From assembly GCA_030595325.1 (NCBI GenBank), contig JAUVDN010000001.1, positions 2,493-66,492 of the forward strand: a DNA stretch of 64,000 bases, in the 5' to 3' direction. Shown here piece by piece: positions 10,588-20,735 of this stretch (the stretch's first letter is position 1; each line of letters starts with the position of its first letter). Source of the DNA: Gammaproteobacteria bacterium. GTDB taxonomy: Bacteria; Pseudomonadota; Gammaproteobacteria; SZUA-229. The notes under the pieces were generated by a model. That model saw only the letters and a program-made list of their open reading frames with translations. It was not told the origin of the DNA and made no database searches. The translations under genes were made by a program, and so were the position numbers.

Positions 10588-11214
10588 TTATGGCTTGCCT
10601 GATGACGGCCTTAGTGTTGATACGCCACACTGTTTTAATAACTGAACCGTTTCATATAATGGCAAACCCATCACCCCGGAAAAACTGCCTTTTAATTCTT
10701 TTACAAATTGCGCCGCTATGCCCTGAATTGCATATGCGCCGGCTTTATCATCTGCCTCACCAGTCGCTATATAACAGTCAATTTCATTATCGTCTATCGA
10801 TTTAAAAGTAACTTGGCTACTGCTGGTGTTCAATATCGCATCGTCTTCTGTAACTATAGCCACTGATGTGTGCACTGTATGCTTTTGCCCTGAAAGCTGT
10901 TGTAACATTAGCTTGGCATGTTGAGCGTTTTCTGGCTTGCCTAAAACAAACCCGTTAATTTCTACGATGGTATCAGAACCTAAAACCGGCAGTTTCTCTT
11001 CATTATCGATTATCTCAAAACCACGCCGTGCTTTTTCCATCGCCAGGCGTTCAACAAAATCCATCACGGATTCACCGTCTTTTTGCGATTCATCGATATC
11101 CACCGACTGCACTTTCACTTCAATGCCAATCTGCGCCAGTAACTCACGTCTTCGCGGCGATGCAGATGCCAGAATTATTTGTGCCTCAGCTTTAGATGTG
11201 GAGTGTTGAGACAT
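10588..11214 (-). CDS. maf: Maf-like nucleoside triphosphate pyrophosphatase
   Basis: ILASASPRRRELL and KAGAYAIQG motifs. Adjacent to rng, as yhdE is in E. coli. Confidence 0.9.
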   Translation of the reverse strand: MSQHSTSKAEAQIILASASPRRRELLAQIGIEVKVQSVDIDESQKDGESVMDFVERLAMEKARRGFEIIDNEEKLPVLGSDTIVEINGFVLGKPENAQHAKLMLQQLSGQKHTVHTSVAIVTEDDAILNTSSSQVTFKSIDDNEIDCYIATGEADDKAGAYAIQGIAAQFVKELKGSFSGVMGLPLYETVQLLKQCGVSTLRPSSGKP

Positions 11215-11216
11215 AG

Positions 11217-11687
11217 CTATGCTCGATGATACGGATGATTATTCAAGATGCTCCATGCCCGATAGATTTGCTCCAATAGAACCACTTTTGCCAGGGTGTG
11301 CGGAAAGGTTAACGCCGACAATGACAGCTTGGCCGATGCTGCTGAGAGTAATTCATCAGATACGCCATCCGGCCCGCCAATAACGATAGATATATCTTGC
11401 CCTTGCTGTATCCACGTATCTAACATGACAGATAGTTTCATCGTAGTTACTGATTTGCCCAGTACATCCAACACGACTAGTTGAGAGCCTTTAGGCACTG
11501 CTGTCAGTATTTTTCTGCTTTCGTCGCGGATAATTCTTGGGATATCTGGATTTTTACCCCGTTTTATCAAGGGTAAAAGTATGCTGTTTATTTTAATTTC
11601 CGCAGGTAGCCGTTTGATGAAATCGTTGCTTGCAAGTTCGACCCATTCCGGCATTTTGTTTCCGATTGCAATAAGGTTTATTTTCAC
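11217..11687 (-). CDS. rlmH: 23S rRNA (pseudouridine1915-N3)-methyltransferase
   Basis: 156 aa SPOUT protein. The C-terminal LSLS.LTFPH......LLEQIYRAW..L.N.PYH motif is characteristic. Confidence 0.93.
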   Translation of the reverse strand: MKINLIAIGNKMPEWVELASNDFIKRLPAEIKINSILLPLIKRGKNPDIPRIIRDESRKILTAVPKGSQLVVLDVLGKSVTTMKLSVMLDTWIQQGQDISIVIGGPDGVSDELLSAASAKLSLSALTFPHTLAKVVLLEQIYRAWSILNNHPYHRA

Positions 11688-11701
11688 AGATGACTTATTC
11701 T

Positions 11702-12067
11702 CTAACTTACGTCCTGTTCTCTGATCTCAGCCTGTTTATTCATCGCATCCATAGACCATAGGCTTTCAAGGTCATAATATTCACGAACCTGCCGTTGCAT
11801 GACATGAACAATAACGTCACCTAAATCAACAAGTACCCACTCGCCTTCCGTTTGTCCTTCTGAGCCCAACGGCGTCTTACCCGCGTCTTTAGCCGCGACA
11901 AAAACACTGTTCGCCAATGATTTAACATGTCGGCTCGACGTTCCGGTAGCGACGACGACCCAGTCAGTTACCGTAGTTTTGCCTTTAACATCAATTACAG
12001 TGATATCTTCGGCTTTTGTGTCATCCAGCGTATCAACCGCCAGTTGTTTTAATTCATCTATTGTCAT
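11702..12067 (-). CDS. rsfS: Ribosome silencing factor
   Basis: 121 aa with DWVVVATGTSSRHV and YYDLESLW motifs. Lies between nadD and rlmH, the conserved order. Confidence 0.9.
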   Translation of the reverse strand: MTIDELKQLAVDTLDDTKAEDITVIDVKGKTTVTDWVVVATGTSSRHVKSLANSVFVAAKDAGKTPLGSEGQTEGEWVLVDLGDVIVHVMQRQVREYYDLESLWSMDAMNKQAEIREQDVS

Positions 12068-12701
12068 CTAAAGTAAACCTCTTTAATTGTTGAATAACAT
12101 CATCGGGCAGCCACTGACTGATATCTTCAGCGTTCAACAATTTTGTTCTAATTTGCGTGGACGATACATCCAGCTGTGGTACTGATTGTAACAGTATTTT
12201 ACCTGTTTCTAGCGGTGATAGCGCATTAACATCCTGCGTCATTTTTTGCGTCAAATACACGTAATCTTCATCGCTCATGTGCTCTGCTAACGATGCCTGA
12301 TCAAAACCGGGGCGTGTGGTCACCACCAGATGGCAAAAATCAAACAAACTGCGCCACTTGTACCAGCGGGTAAGGCCGAAAAAGGCATCCATACCGATAA
12401 TTAGACACAGTGTTTCAGCAGGCATTTCCTGCTTTAAGGATTGCAGTGTTTCAACCATATAAGATGGTCCGTCACGTCTGAGTTCGCGCTCATCAACACA
12501 AACATCAGGGATATTTTGCAGTGCCGATTTTAACAATGACAGACGCTGCTCACTGCTCAACCAAGGGATTTCACGATGTGGTGGAATCTTGTTCGGAATA
12601 AAGCGTATCTGAGCTAAATTCAATGCCTGTTTCACACTAAGCGCAGGTTTGATGTGACCATAGTGAACAGGGTCGAATGTGCCACCAAATACACCAATCA
12701 T
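12054..12701 (-). CDS. nadD: Nicotinate-nucleotide adenylyltransferase
   Basis: GGTFDPVHYGH nucleotidyltransferase motif at the N-terminus. Overlaps rsfS by 14 nt. Confidence 0.9.
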   Translation of the reverse strand: MIGVFGGTFDPVHYGHIKPALSVKQALNLAQIRFIPNKIPPHREIPWLSSEQRLSLLKSALQNIPDVCVDERELRRDGPSYMVETLQSLKQEMPAETLCLIIGMDAFFGLTRWYKWRSLFDFCHLVVTTRPGFDQASLAEHMSDEDYVYLTQKMTQDVNALSPLETGKILLQSVPQLDVSSTQIRTKLLNAEDISQWLPDDVIQQLKRFTLDDNR

Positions 12702-12719
12702 TGCTTAACCACTAGTTGA

Positions 12720-14015
12720 TTACTGCCTTATGTGGCCGTCACCTAACACGACATATTTGAGACTGGTCAGACCATCCAGGCCGACAGGTCCACGGGCATG
12801 CAATTTATCAGTACTGATACCGATTTCTGCCCCTAATCCATATTCAAAACCATCCGCAAAACGGGTAGATGCATTAACCATCACTGAACTGGAGTCCACT
12901 TCGCGTAAAAACTGGCGTGATTTAGTGTAATCCTCAGTGATAATAGACTCTGTATGTTGCGAGCTATACTGATTGATGTGGCTGATAGCCGCATTAATAT
13001 CCGCCACCATTTTAATCGACAAAATAGGCGCAAGATATTCCGTTGACCAGTCACTTTCGTCGGCTAATGCAACTGTGACACCCTGCTCTTTTAGAAATTT
13101 CTGAGTATGACTGCATACACGCAGCTCGACACCTGCTTCTAAATACATTTTAACCAGGTCAGGCAATATATCTGTAGCGGCTGATTCAGCAACCAGTAAG
13201 GTTTCCATGGTATTGCAGGTACCGTAACGCTGTGTTTTTGAATTAAATGCAACATTTAAGGCCTTTTCCTTATCCGCATTGTCATCGATATAAACATGAC
13301 AGATGCCATCAAGATGCTTTATTACAGGCACCTCTGATTCATTACTGATACGCTCGATTAAACTCTTACCGCCACGAGGAATGATGACATCAACAAATTT
13401 TTTCATTCGCAGCAGTTCACCCACCGCAGCACGGTCAGTCGTCTTAATCACCTGTACCGCATCTGCCGGTAGCCCAGACACTTCAAGCCCGTGTTTGATA
13501 CATTCAGCAATTGCCTGATTTGAGTTTATTGCTTCTGAGCCGCCACGCAAAATCACTGCATTACCTGATTTAAGGCATAAACCTGCTGCATCTGCTGTTA
13601 CGTTTGGACGTGACTCATAGATAATACCGATTACCCCTAAAGGCACACGCATCTGTCCCACCTGAATACCTGATGGTCGATAAGCGAGATTTGAAATAAT
13701 GCCGACTGGGTCAGGCAGCGCCGCTATCTGACGAAGGCCTTCCGCCATCGATGTGATGCGTTCATCAGTCAGCTCCAGTCGATCGAGTAACGCCGCATCC
13801 AGACCTTTTTCTTTTCCGGCAACCATATCTAACGCATTAGCCTTTTTCAACACCTCTGCCTGCGCCAGTATCTGCTGGGCAATCTCACCAAGTGCATGAT
13901 TTTTCTGTCCAGTTGATGCTTTACCAATAGCTCTAGACGCCGCCCGCGCGGCATAACCAACATCGGACATATATTGTTCTACATCATTGGAATCTGATTT
14001 TATATTTGCATTCAT
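12720..14015 (-). CDS. proA: Gamma-glutamyl phosphate reductase
   Basis: 431 aa aldehyde-dehydrogenase-like protein. Conserved [17 protein letters not shown] and [14 protein letters not shown] motifs. Confidence 0.95.
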   Translation of the reverse strand: MNANIKSDSNDVEQYMSDVGYAARAASRAIGKASTGQKNHALGEIAQQILAQAEVLKKANALDMVAGKEKGLDAALLDRLELTDERITSMAEGLRQIAALPDPVGIISNLAYRPSGIQVGQMRVPLGVIGIIYESRPNVTADAAGLCLKSGNAVILRGGSEAINSNQAIAECIKHGLEVSGLPADAVQVIKTTDRAAVGELLRMKKFVDVIIPRGGKSLIERISNESEVPVIKHLDGICHVYIDDNADKEKALNVAFNSKTQRYGTCNTMETLLVAESAATDILPDLVKMYLEAGVELRVCSHTQKFLKEQGVTVALADESDWSTEYLAPILSIKMVADINAAISHINQYSSQHTESIITEDYTKSRQFLREVDSSSVMVNASTRFADGFEYGLGAEIGISTDKLHARGPVGLDGLTSLKYVVLGDGHIRQ

Positions 14016-14104
14016 GGTTTTACTTTACGGTTTCAATGAGCAAGCCTTGTTGGCACTCGCTTTAATAACAACATTATAGCGAATCGCCATTATGCTTGCA
14101 GTGA

Positions 14105-15274
14105 CTAAATAAAATTAATCTTGCTGCTCGATTCTTGTCGCTCAATATATCGCCAGACTATTACCATCGCCAATACCGTGCAGCAAGAAGCAAACACAAA
14201 CAATACCGATGCCCCCCATTGATCCCAAAGCAGGCCACTAATCAGACTGCCGATGGCCACGCCACCGCCAAAACTGACACTGGCATAAATCGCCTGCCCT
14301 CTACCCTGATGACTGCCAGTAAAATAATCATGTACCAACGAAATGCCCACCGAGTGGAACACACCGAATGAAAAAGCATGTATAAGCTGCGCAAAGAATA
14401 ACATCGAAAGATCATCAACATAAAAACCGATGATTAACCAACGGAAGGTAGTCAGAAATAATGTAATCAAGAGCAATTTTCTTGCCCCAAAAACAGGTAA
14501 CAGTCGATGCATCAATAAAAACACAACAACTTCAGCGATTACGCCAACCGCCCACAACACACCAATCATCTGCGAGCTATAACCCTGCTCTTCCAGATAG
14601 ATTGTGTAAAAAGTGTAATACGGTCCGTGGCTGCACAGCATTAAAAAACACACAACAAGGAACGCCATGACATTGCGCTGCTTTATTACGTGCCAGATAG
14701 GTGAATGGTCAGTGTGTGGTATATTTAATTTTTCCGGCACCATAAAACTGGTTATGGCGATAACGACAAATGTGATCAGAACAACAATAGGGATAACATC
14801 TGCATCGTAACTTTGCAGGAGGTAACCCATCAGTACCGCGATAACGATAAACCCTAACGATCCCCACAGACGAACCATACTGTAACGGTGCGTATCATTG
14901 CCCAGATGATTCAATGTCATCGCTTCAAATTGTGGCAAGGTGGCGTTCCAGAAAAAGCTGAACAGGATCATCACCAGAGTAAGCCACCACAGCTGTTGGC
15001 TAAAAAAGACCAGTGAAAAACTGAGTAACGCACATAGGCAGGCTATGCGGATGATAAACATCGAACGGCGCGTATGGTCAGCAAGCCAGCCCCAGATGTA
15101 GGGCGCGACTAATTTGGTGGCGGGTAAGATAGCAACCAGACCACCGATAATGAGACTGCTATAACCAAGAGACTTTAGGTACAGACTCCAGTACGGAATC
15201 AGCACGCCCAGTGAGGCAAAGTAGAAAAAATAAAACCCACTGAGCCGCCAGTAAGGAACGCTAGATTTTTTCAC
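14105..15274 (-). CDS. MFS transporter (HcaT/3-phenylpropionate-transporter-like subfamily)
   Basis: 389 aa, 12 predicted TM segments. The N-terminal YWRLSGFYFFYFASLGVLIPYWSLYLKSLG is typical of this MFS subfamily. Confidence 0.8.
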   Translation of the reverse strand: MKKSSVPYWRLSGFYFFYFASLGVLIPYWSLYLKSLGYSSLIIGGLVAILPATKLVAPYIWGWLADHTRRSMFIIRIACLCALLSFSLVFFSQQLWWLTLVMILFSFFWNATLPQFEAMTLNHLGNDTHRYSMVRLWGSLGFIVIAVLMGYLLQSYDADVIPIVVLITFVVIAITSFMVPEKLNIPHTDHSPIWHVIKQRNVMAFLVVCFLMLCSHGPYYTFYTIYLEEQGYSSQMIGVLWAVGVIAEVVVFLLMHRLLPVFGARKLLLITLFLTTFRWLIIGFYVDDLSMLFFAQLIHAFSFGVFHSVGISLVHDYFTGSHQGRGQAIYASVSFGGGVAIGSLISGLLWDQWGASVLFVFASCCTVLAMVIVWRYIERQESSSKINFI

Positions 15275-15505
15275 TATTTTATATGAAGTGAGAGAGTGTT
15301 GAACGATGTCGATTTTTCGTTAGGGCAAGGCAAATATTGTCGACTAATTTGCAGGAGCAAATTGAACAGCTCCGCTGACCCGAAGGGCAGGAGCCCGCAG
15401 TAAAAAAGTGGAGCTTACAATGAGTAAGTGAGTCAGTGAGTAAGCAAGCAAGTGAGATAATTTTTAACGCAGCCATAACGGAAAAGATGCTTCGTGCAAA
15501 GCTCT

Positions 15506-16603
15506 CTATGTATGTGATGGAATTATTGGTGTCTGCGAATGCACATCCATGTTCTGACCGCGTTGGCGTAACAGATGATCACTCAACACGATTGCCAGCA
15601 TAGCTTCACAGATAGGTGTCGCCCGTATCGCAACACAGGGGTCATGACGACCATGTGTTACAACGTCGATGGCCTTACCATCGACATCGACCGTATCACC
15701 ACTAAGACGAATACTTGATGTCGGCTTAAATGCAGTATGCGCAACGATATCCTGGCCCGAAGATATACCACCTAATACGCCACCGGCATGATTTGATTTA
15801 AATCCTTCTGGTGTTAGTTCATCTCTAAATTCAGTGCCTTTAGCTTCAACACAGCCAAAGCCATCGCCAACCTCAACACCTTTTGCGGCATTAATTCCCA
15901 TCATGGCATGTGCGATATCTGCGTCGAGCCGATCAAAAACCGGCTCACCTAGGCCTGGTGGCACACCTTCTGCAACAACCGTGATTTTCCCACCGACAGA
16001 GTTACCCTCTTTGCGCAGAGCATCCATATAAGTTTCAAGTTCAGCCACCAAGGACGCATCGCCACAGAAAAAGGCGTTATTATTTATTTCAGCTTTATCT
16101 AACATCGGCATCTTTATTGGGCCAAGCTGTGACATGTAACCGTATATGTCGATACCATAACGGTCTTTAAGAAACTTTTTAGCAATACCACCGCCGGCAA
16201 CGCGCATCGCGGTTTCACGTGCTGAAGATCTGCCGCCACCGCGATAATCACGAATACCGTATTTTTGCTGGTAAGTATAATCAGCATGCCCAGGGCGAAA
16301 GCGGTCCATGATGTTGCCATAGTCTTTTGAACGCTGATCCGTGTTTTCAATAATCAACCCAATACTGGTACCTGTGGTTTTGCCTTCGAACACACCTGAA
16401 AATATTTTTACTTTATCTTCTTCACGTCGCTGTGTGGTATGACGAGAGGTACCCGGCTTACGACGATCCAGGTCGATCTGCAAATCTTCTTCGCTCAACT
16501 CAATTCCTGGCGGACAGCCATCGATGATGCCAACTAAACCGGGACCATGCGACTCACCTGCCGTTGTTAAGCTGAATAATTTTCCTATTGTGTTACCTGA
16601 CAT
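15506..16603 (-). CDS. aroC: Chorismate synthase
   Basis: GESHG, RPGHAD.TY..KYG and GRHDPCV signatures are present. Confidence 0.96.
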   Translation of the reverse strand: MSGNTIGKLFSLTTAGESHGPGLVGIIDGCPPGIELSEEDLQIDLDRRKPGTSRHTTQRREEDKVKIFSGVFEGKTTGTSIGLIIENTDQRSKDYGNIMDRFRPGHADYTYQQKYGIRDYRGGGRSSARETAMRVAGGGIAKKFLKDRYGIDIYGYMSQLGPIKMPMLDKAEINNNAFFCGDASLVAELETYMDALRKEGNSVGGKITVVAEGVPPGLGEPVFDRLDADIAHAMMGINAAKGVEVGDGFGCVEAKGTEFRDELTPEGFKSNHAGGVLGGISSGQDIVAHTAFKPTSSIRLSGDTVDVDGKAIDVVTHGRHDPCVAIRATPICEAMLAIVLSDHLLRQRGQNMDVHSQTPIIPSHT

Positions 16604-16685
16604 ATGGCCAACTTGCTTCTATTAAAAGATATGTTAAAGATTTGTCACTAAAGACTACGATTAAACATTCTGTTTAAATGCTTTA

Positions 16686-17645
16686 CTAAATATTAACACG
16701 CTTGAAATCAGCCTGATATGTTTCCAGTTGATTTGCTGTTAATACAAACACGCCATCGCCACCAAATTCGAAATCAACCCAGAAAAAAGGTACTTCTGGC
16801 AGTAAATTTTCTAATATCACTTTCGAGTAACCGACCTCAACCACCAGAATACCATCCTCACTCAGATAATCTCTTGCCTGCATCAACATAGGAAGTACGA
16901 TATCCATACCCGTCTCACCAGCAGCAAGTGCTGTCGAACCGGGCTCAAAATCAAATTCAGCCGGCAATTCCGTCATCTCCTGCGCTGAAACGTATGGCGG
17001 ATTACTCACGATTATGTCATAACGTTTTTCAGGAATGGACTCAAACAAATTAGATTCTATTAGCGTAAGCCGCTGCTCCAGACCATGGTTCTTACGGTTA
17101 ATCTCCGCGACTGATAAAGCATCTGTAGATATGTCACTGGCATCAACCTGCGCCTGCTCAAAAGCATAAGCACAGGCAATGGCTATACAGCCACTGCCTG
17201 TACACAGGTCGAGAATATTATTAACCTGTTCGGGAGAAATCCACAGCGAAAACTGGTGCTCAATTAATTCAGCTATCGGTGAACGCGGAATCAGCACTCT
17301 TTTATCAACATAAAAACTCAAACCAGAAAACCAGGCTTCATTGGTTATATATGCCGCTGGTTTATGCTGCTCGATCCGTTGCTGAAAAAGCCCGAGAACA
17401 TGCAGACGTTCATCCATGGTAAGTATGCAATCAAAGTATTCTGCACTGAAGTCTGGTGGCAAATGCAAGCCGCTTAAACATAGATAGACAGCCTCATCTA
17501 TCGCTGTAGGCATGCCTTGAACAAAGCTTAGTTCAGCCGCATTAAACTGACTGGTGCCCCAGCGGATGAGGTCACGCAAGGTTTCCAGATCGTTTGCGAT
17601 TTCACGTTTATTTATCATGCTTGTATTGTACACATAATCCCGCAT
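16686..17645 (-). CDS. prmB: Ribosomal protein L3 glutamine N5-methyltransferase
   Basis: SAM-MTase motif LDLCTGSGCIAI and SNPPYV. Adjacent to aroC, as in E. coli. The start may be an internal Met. Confidence 0.88.
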   Translation of the reverse strand: MRDYVYNTSMINKREIANDLETLRDLIRWGTSQFNAAELSFVQGMPTAIDEAVYLCLSGLHLPPDFSAEYFDCILTMDERLHVLGLFQQRIEQHKPAAYITNEAWFSGLSFYVDKRVLIPRSPIAELIEHQFSLWISPEQVNNILDLCTGSGCIAIACAYAFEQAQVDASDISTDALSVAEINRKNHGLEQRLTLIESNLFESIPEKRYDIIVSNPPYVSAQEMTELPAEFDFEPGSTALAAGETGMDIVLPMLMQARDYLSEDGILVVEVGYSKVILENLLPEVPFFWVDFEFGGDGVFVLTANQLETYQADFKRVNI

Positions 17646-17843
17646 TTGAAGTCTGATTTTGCGGTTAGCTAATTATCAGATTAGTTGCTCAGGAGGTCAC
17701 TAGACTTGAAAATTAAATTAAAGCCCACACCATGATTATATTGATGGCTTGCTTTGAAGCGATTATAATTCGATTAAGTTTAGTCAGGGCAGTATCGGCA
17801 ACTAATTATTACCACTAAAATCCACCTACACAGTACCTTTATT

Positions 17844-18296
17844 ATGAAAAACATCATCACACTATTTATATTATTGATTTCAAGTTATAGCCATATCAGC
17901 TTCGCCAATGAAGCCGACTCAACAACGGTTAGGTTTACCGTAGAAAATGCCTGGATAGCAGAAGCACCTCCCGTTAGTAAAGTAATGGTCGCCTATCTAA
18001 CAATCAACAACCAAAGCAACCAAGCCATAACTATCGTTAAAGCTGAATCTGATCTTTATAGCAGTATCGAATTTCACGAGACCGTACATGAGAATGGCTT
18101 AGCCCGAATGGTTCGTTATAGCGAACTGCTCGTGCCTGCAAACGACAACCTTGAATTAAAACGTGGCGGTAAACATTTAATGCTATTTAATCCGACAAAA
18201 CGTTTGAAGATCGGTGACACTGTAACTATTAGATTAACCACCGCTGACGACACCTTTAAGATAATTTCAGTGCCAGTTAAAAAAGTACAGTATTAA
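17844..18296 (+). CDS. Periplasmic copper chaperone PCu(A)C (DUF461)
   Basis: Signal peptide plus the FHETVHENGLARM and GGKHLML His/Met motifs typical of PCuAC. Confidence 0.8.
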   Translation: MKNIITLFILLISSYSHISFANEADSTTVRFTVENAWIAEAPPVSKVMVAYLTINNQSNQAITIVKAESDLYSSIEFHETVHENGLARMVRYSELLVPANDNLELKRGGKHLMLFNPTKRLKIGDTVTIRLTTADDTFKIISVPVKKVQY

Positions 18297-18332
18297 TCAC
18301 TGCTTCAAAACCACAATAAAAAGAAAACTCAA

Positions 18333-19178
18333 ATGAAGCAAAAAATTCTCGCACTACTCTTTTATATTATTCCTCATCACGCGGTATCATGGTTGATGTT
18401 CAAAGCAGCAAGGATTACCTGGTTACCACTGAAAAACCTCATCATCCGAACCTACACTAATTTAAATCCGGTCAAGATGCATGAAGCTGTCGAAGAAGAT
18501 ATGTTTGCCTATGAATCACTTAATGCTTTTTTTACTCGTTCATTAAAACCGGGATGTCGTCCATTCGATGAAAACGAAGCGCATTGGCTGTGCCCTGTAG
18601 ACGGATCAGTCAGCCAGGCACAAGCAATAAAAAATGGTCGCATCTTTCAGGCCAAAGGTCAAAACTACAGTTTATTAGAGCTTGTTGGTGGTGATAAAGA
18701 ACTCGCAGAAGTATTTAATAACGGTCAATTTGCGACATTGTATCTATCACCAAGAGATTACCACCGTATTCACATGCCAACGACCGGTAAACTTAAACAT
18801 ATGCAATACATACCCGGACGCCTGTTCAGCGTCGCAACATTTGTTGTTAATCACATTCCACGACTGTTCGCACGCAATGAACGCTGCGTCTGTTATTTTG
18901 AAACTGAGCAAGGTCCGATGGCAATGATATTAGTTGGTGCTATTAATGTATCGGCGATAGAAACCGTCTGGCATGGATTGATTACCAGTAAAGCCAAGAA
19001 TGTTAAACGTTTTGATTACAGCCACGAAGAGATTATCTTGAAACGTGGCGCAGAGATGGGTCGTTTCAATCTAGGTTCAACCGTGATTGTTTTAACCACT
19101 AATCAGATGAAACTAAATGAGGAGCTGGTTGCCGGTACCGAGATTAAATTAGGTCAATGTCTGGCAACAGACAGATAA
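18333..19178 (+). CDS. psd: Phosphatidylserine decarboxylase proenzyme
   Basis: 281 aa. FNLGSTV contains the LGST self-cleavage site. YHRIHMP motif is present. Confidence 0.93.
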   Translation: MKQKILALLFYIIPHHAVSWLMFKAARITWLPLKNLIIRTYTNLNPVKMHEAVEEDMFAYESLNAFFTRSLKPGCRPFDENEAHWLCPVDGSVSQAQAIKNGRIFQAKGQNYSLLELVGGDKELAEVFNNGQFATLYLSPRDYHRIHMPTTGKLKHMQYIPGRLFSVATFVVNHIPRLFARNERCVCYFETEQGPMAMILVGAINVSAIETVWHGLITSKAKNVKRFDYSHEEIILKRGAEMGRFNLGSTVIVLTTNQMKLNEELVAGTEIKLGQCLATDR

Positions 19179-19193
19179 AATTAATCTGCGGAT

Positions 19194-20729
19194 TTAATTA
19201 TTTTCAGATTTTACCGGCTTTAAAGTTTCAACTTCTGCACGCTGTACAGGAGCGATACCTTCCCGCTGAGCCGCACTGCCTGATGGACTCGTGTAGCGAT
19301 CATTCATCCCCTGAATAAACTCACAGGCATCCGCTGTTACTTGCGCCAACGTTCTCTTCGAACGCATAGACCAGCCTACTGGCATCGGCCTAAAGATACT
19401 TCTTAAAGGCTGAGTGTTTTTCAGAAAAGCTTTTTTAATATCACCAGCAAGCAATTTACCTTCGCGGTGCTCGCCAGCCAGATTTTTATCGATGATGACA
19501 TTTTCAGTAATATTTCTGGCAACTATTCTTGCCGAAAAAGCACGTGCGGTAAAATGAACTACTGAAAAACTGGTAAGAACTATACCCAGTTTTATCGAGG
19601 ATACGATTCCAGCATTAGTGAAATCATAAGAAAACAATGCCCAGGAATCAAACCACTGCCCAAACACCATCATTATTATGACAAAGATACCGATTGCAAC
19701 AGCATCAAGAGTTAGCACCATCTTTAACCATTTATTCATCGCTTCTTTAACGACGGGAATAATATGGCTTTCAATATCATTAGCAATCGTCTGTAAGGCG
19801 CCCACAATACGGTAAGATCGCTCTACTTCAACTTGGTGAATACGTTCAAATATCGCTGCTTTATCTTGTGCACATTTACTTTCAAAGCGTTTACGCACGG
19901 CTTCGTCTTCGATAGGAACAGCAAGATCGTTGTTATATATAGAATAGAAACGCCCCGCAGTTAAACCTTTTGCAGCAAGTGCACGTTGCCAAGCTGCAAC
20001 CACGTCTTCAGGGTTGTCTTCCTGCGCTGCAGTATCTATCTGGTTAAGAATATACAGAAATTTTTCTGAGTCACTACGGTTAATGGTGTGACCAACCAGA
20101 TGATCCAGCGTATCTTGCATCGCACCCGGCTCAGGATGTCTGGCATCAAAAAACACCAGCACCAGATCCGACAGGTCAACAATATGATCGGTTAAACGTA
20201 ATATTGCATTGCGTTGTTCGTCAGCATCAAACCCAGGTGAGTCGATAATAATCTTTCCACTCAGTTTATCCGAGTGAGAAGTTTTCATCTGCAGATAAGC
20301 ATCTATGCGCCTGCCTTCACCATTTGTTACCTTATCGATCTCATCGCTCATCTGATAAAACGGAAAACGTGGATCAGCATTTAATGCGATGCCTGGTAAG
20401 ACACGATTATCTTTGCTGTTGCTATAGGTAATAACAGTAAACTTATCATCAACCGCCTGGTTACCAGTAAGCTGTAATTTATTACCAAGAAAATTATTAA
20501 TAAATGATGACTTACCCGCTGAGAATGTTCCCAGAACAGAGACTAATGGCCACCATGGAATATTTGTTGCATACGATTCACTGGTATCCAGCAAACCCAT
20601 TTTATATGCGACAGTGTCTAGCTTTTTAAAACGAGAAACCACGTCAAGCAACAACGGATTCTCATTATTTAAATGCGTTTCCAGTTTCGTTAATCGATCA
20701 CGAATTGATTTATCTGGGCGATTCAACAT
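19194..20729 (-). CDS. Membrane-anchored dynamin-like GTPase
   Basis: G1 P-loop GTFSAGKSSF, G3 DSPGFD and G4-like NQID. Two hydrophobic segments in the C-terminal third (LTLDAVAIGIFVIIMMVFGQWF and IVSSIKLGIVLTSFSVVHF). Confidence 0.65.
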   Translation of the reverse strand: MLNRPDKSIRDRLTKLETHLNNENPLLLDVVSRFKKLDTVAYKMGLLDTSESYATNIPWWPLVSVLGTFSAGKSSFINNFLGNKLQLTGNQAVDDKFTVITYSNSKDNRVLPGIALNADPRFPFYQMSDEIDKVTNGEGRRIDAYLQMKTSHSDKLSGKIIIDSPGFDADEQRNAILRLTDHIVDLSDLVLVFFDARHPEPGAMQDTLDHLVGHTINRSDSEKFLYILNQIDTAAQEDNPEDVVAAWQRALAAKGLTAGRFYSIYNNDLAVPIEDEAVRKRFESKCAQDKAAIFERIHQVEVERSYRIVGALQTIANDIESHIIPVVKEAMNKWLKMVLTLDAVAIGIFVIIMMVFGQWFDSWALFSYDFTNAGIVSSIKLGIVLTSFSVVHFTARAFSARIVARNITENVIIDKNLAGEHREGKLLAGDIKKAFLKNTQPLRSIFRPMPVGWSMRSKRTLAQVTADACEFIQGMNDRYTSPSGSAAQREGIAPVQRAEVETLKPVKSENN

Positions 20730-20735
20730 AACTGA

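Noticed and set aside
15279-15476. 65-aa Cys-rich ORF between aroC and the MFS gene. The region also contains a GTGAGTAAG-type low-complexity run.
   Set aside because: It has no ribosome-binding site, odd composition and no recognisable family. It most likely lies in a non-coding spacer. The repeats there are too short and irregular to call.
17844-18296. Possibility that the PCu(A)C copper chaperone gene belongs to the Met-rich cluster, making the whole region a copper-resistance island (Cus-like).
   Set aside because: It is on the opposite strand and is separated from the cluster by psd. The RND TM4 motif is VDDAIV (HAE-like), not the motif I recall for CusA/CzcA-type metal pumps. No CusF/CopA-type or outer-membrane genes are present. 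Copper binding by the Met-rich segments remains a secondary hypothesis only.
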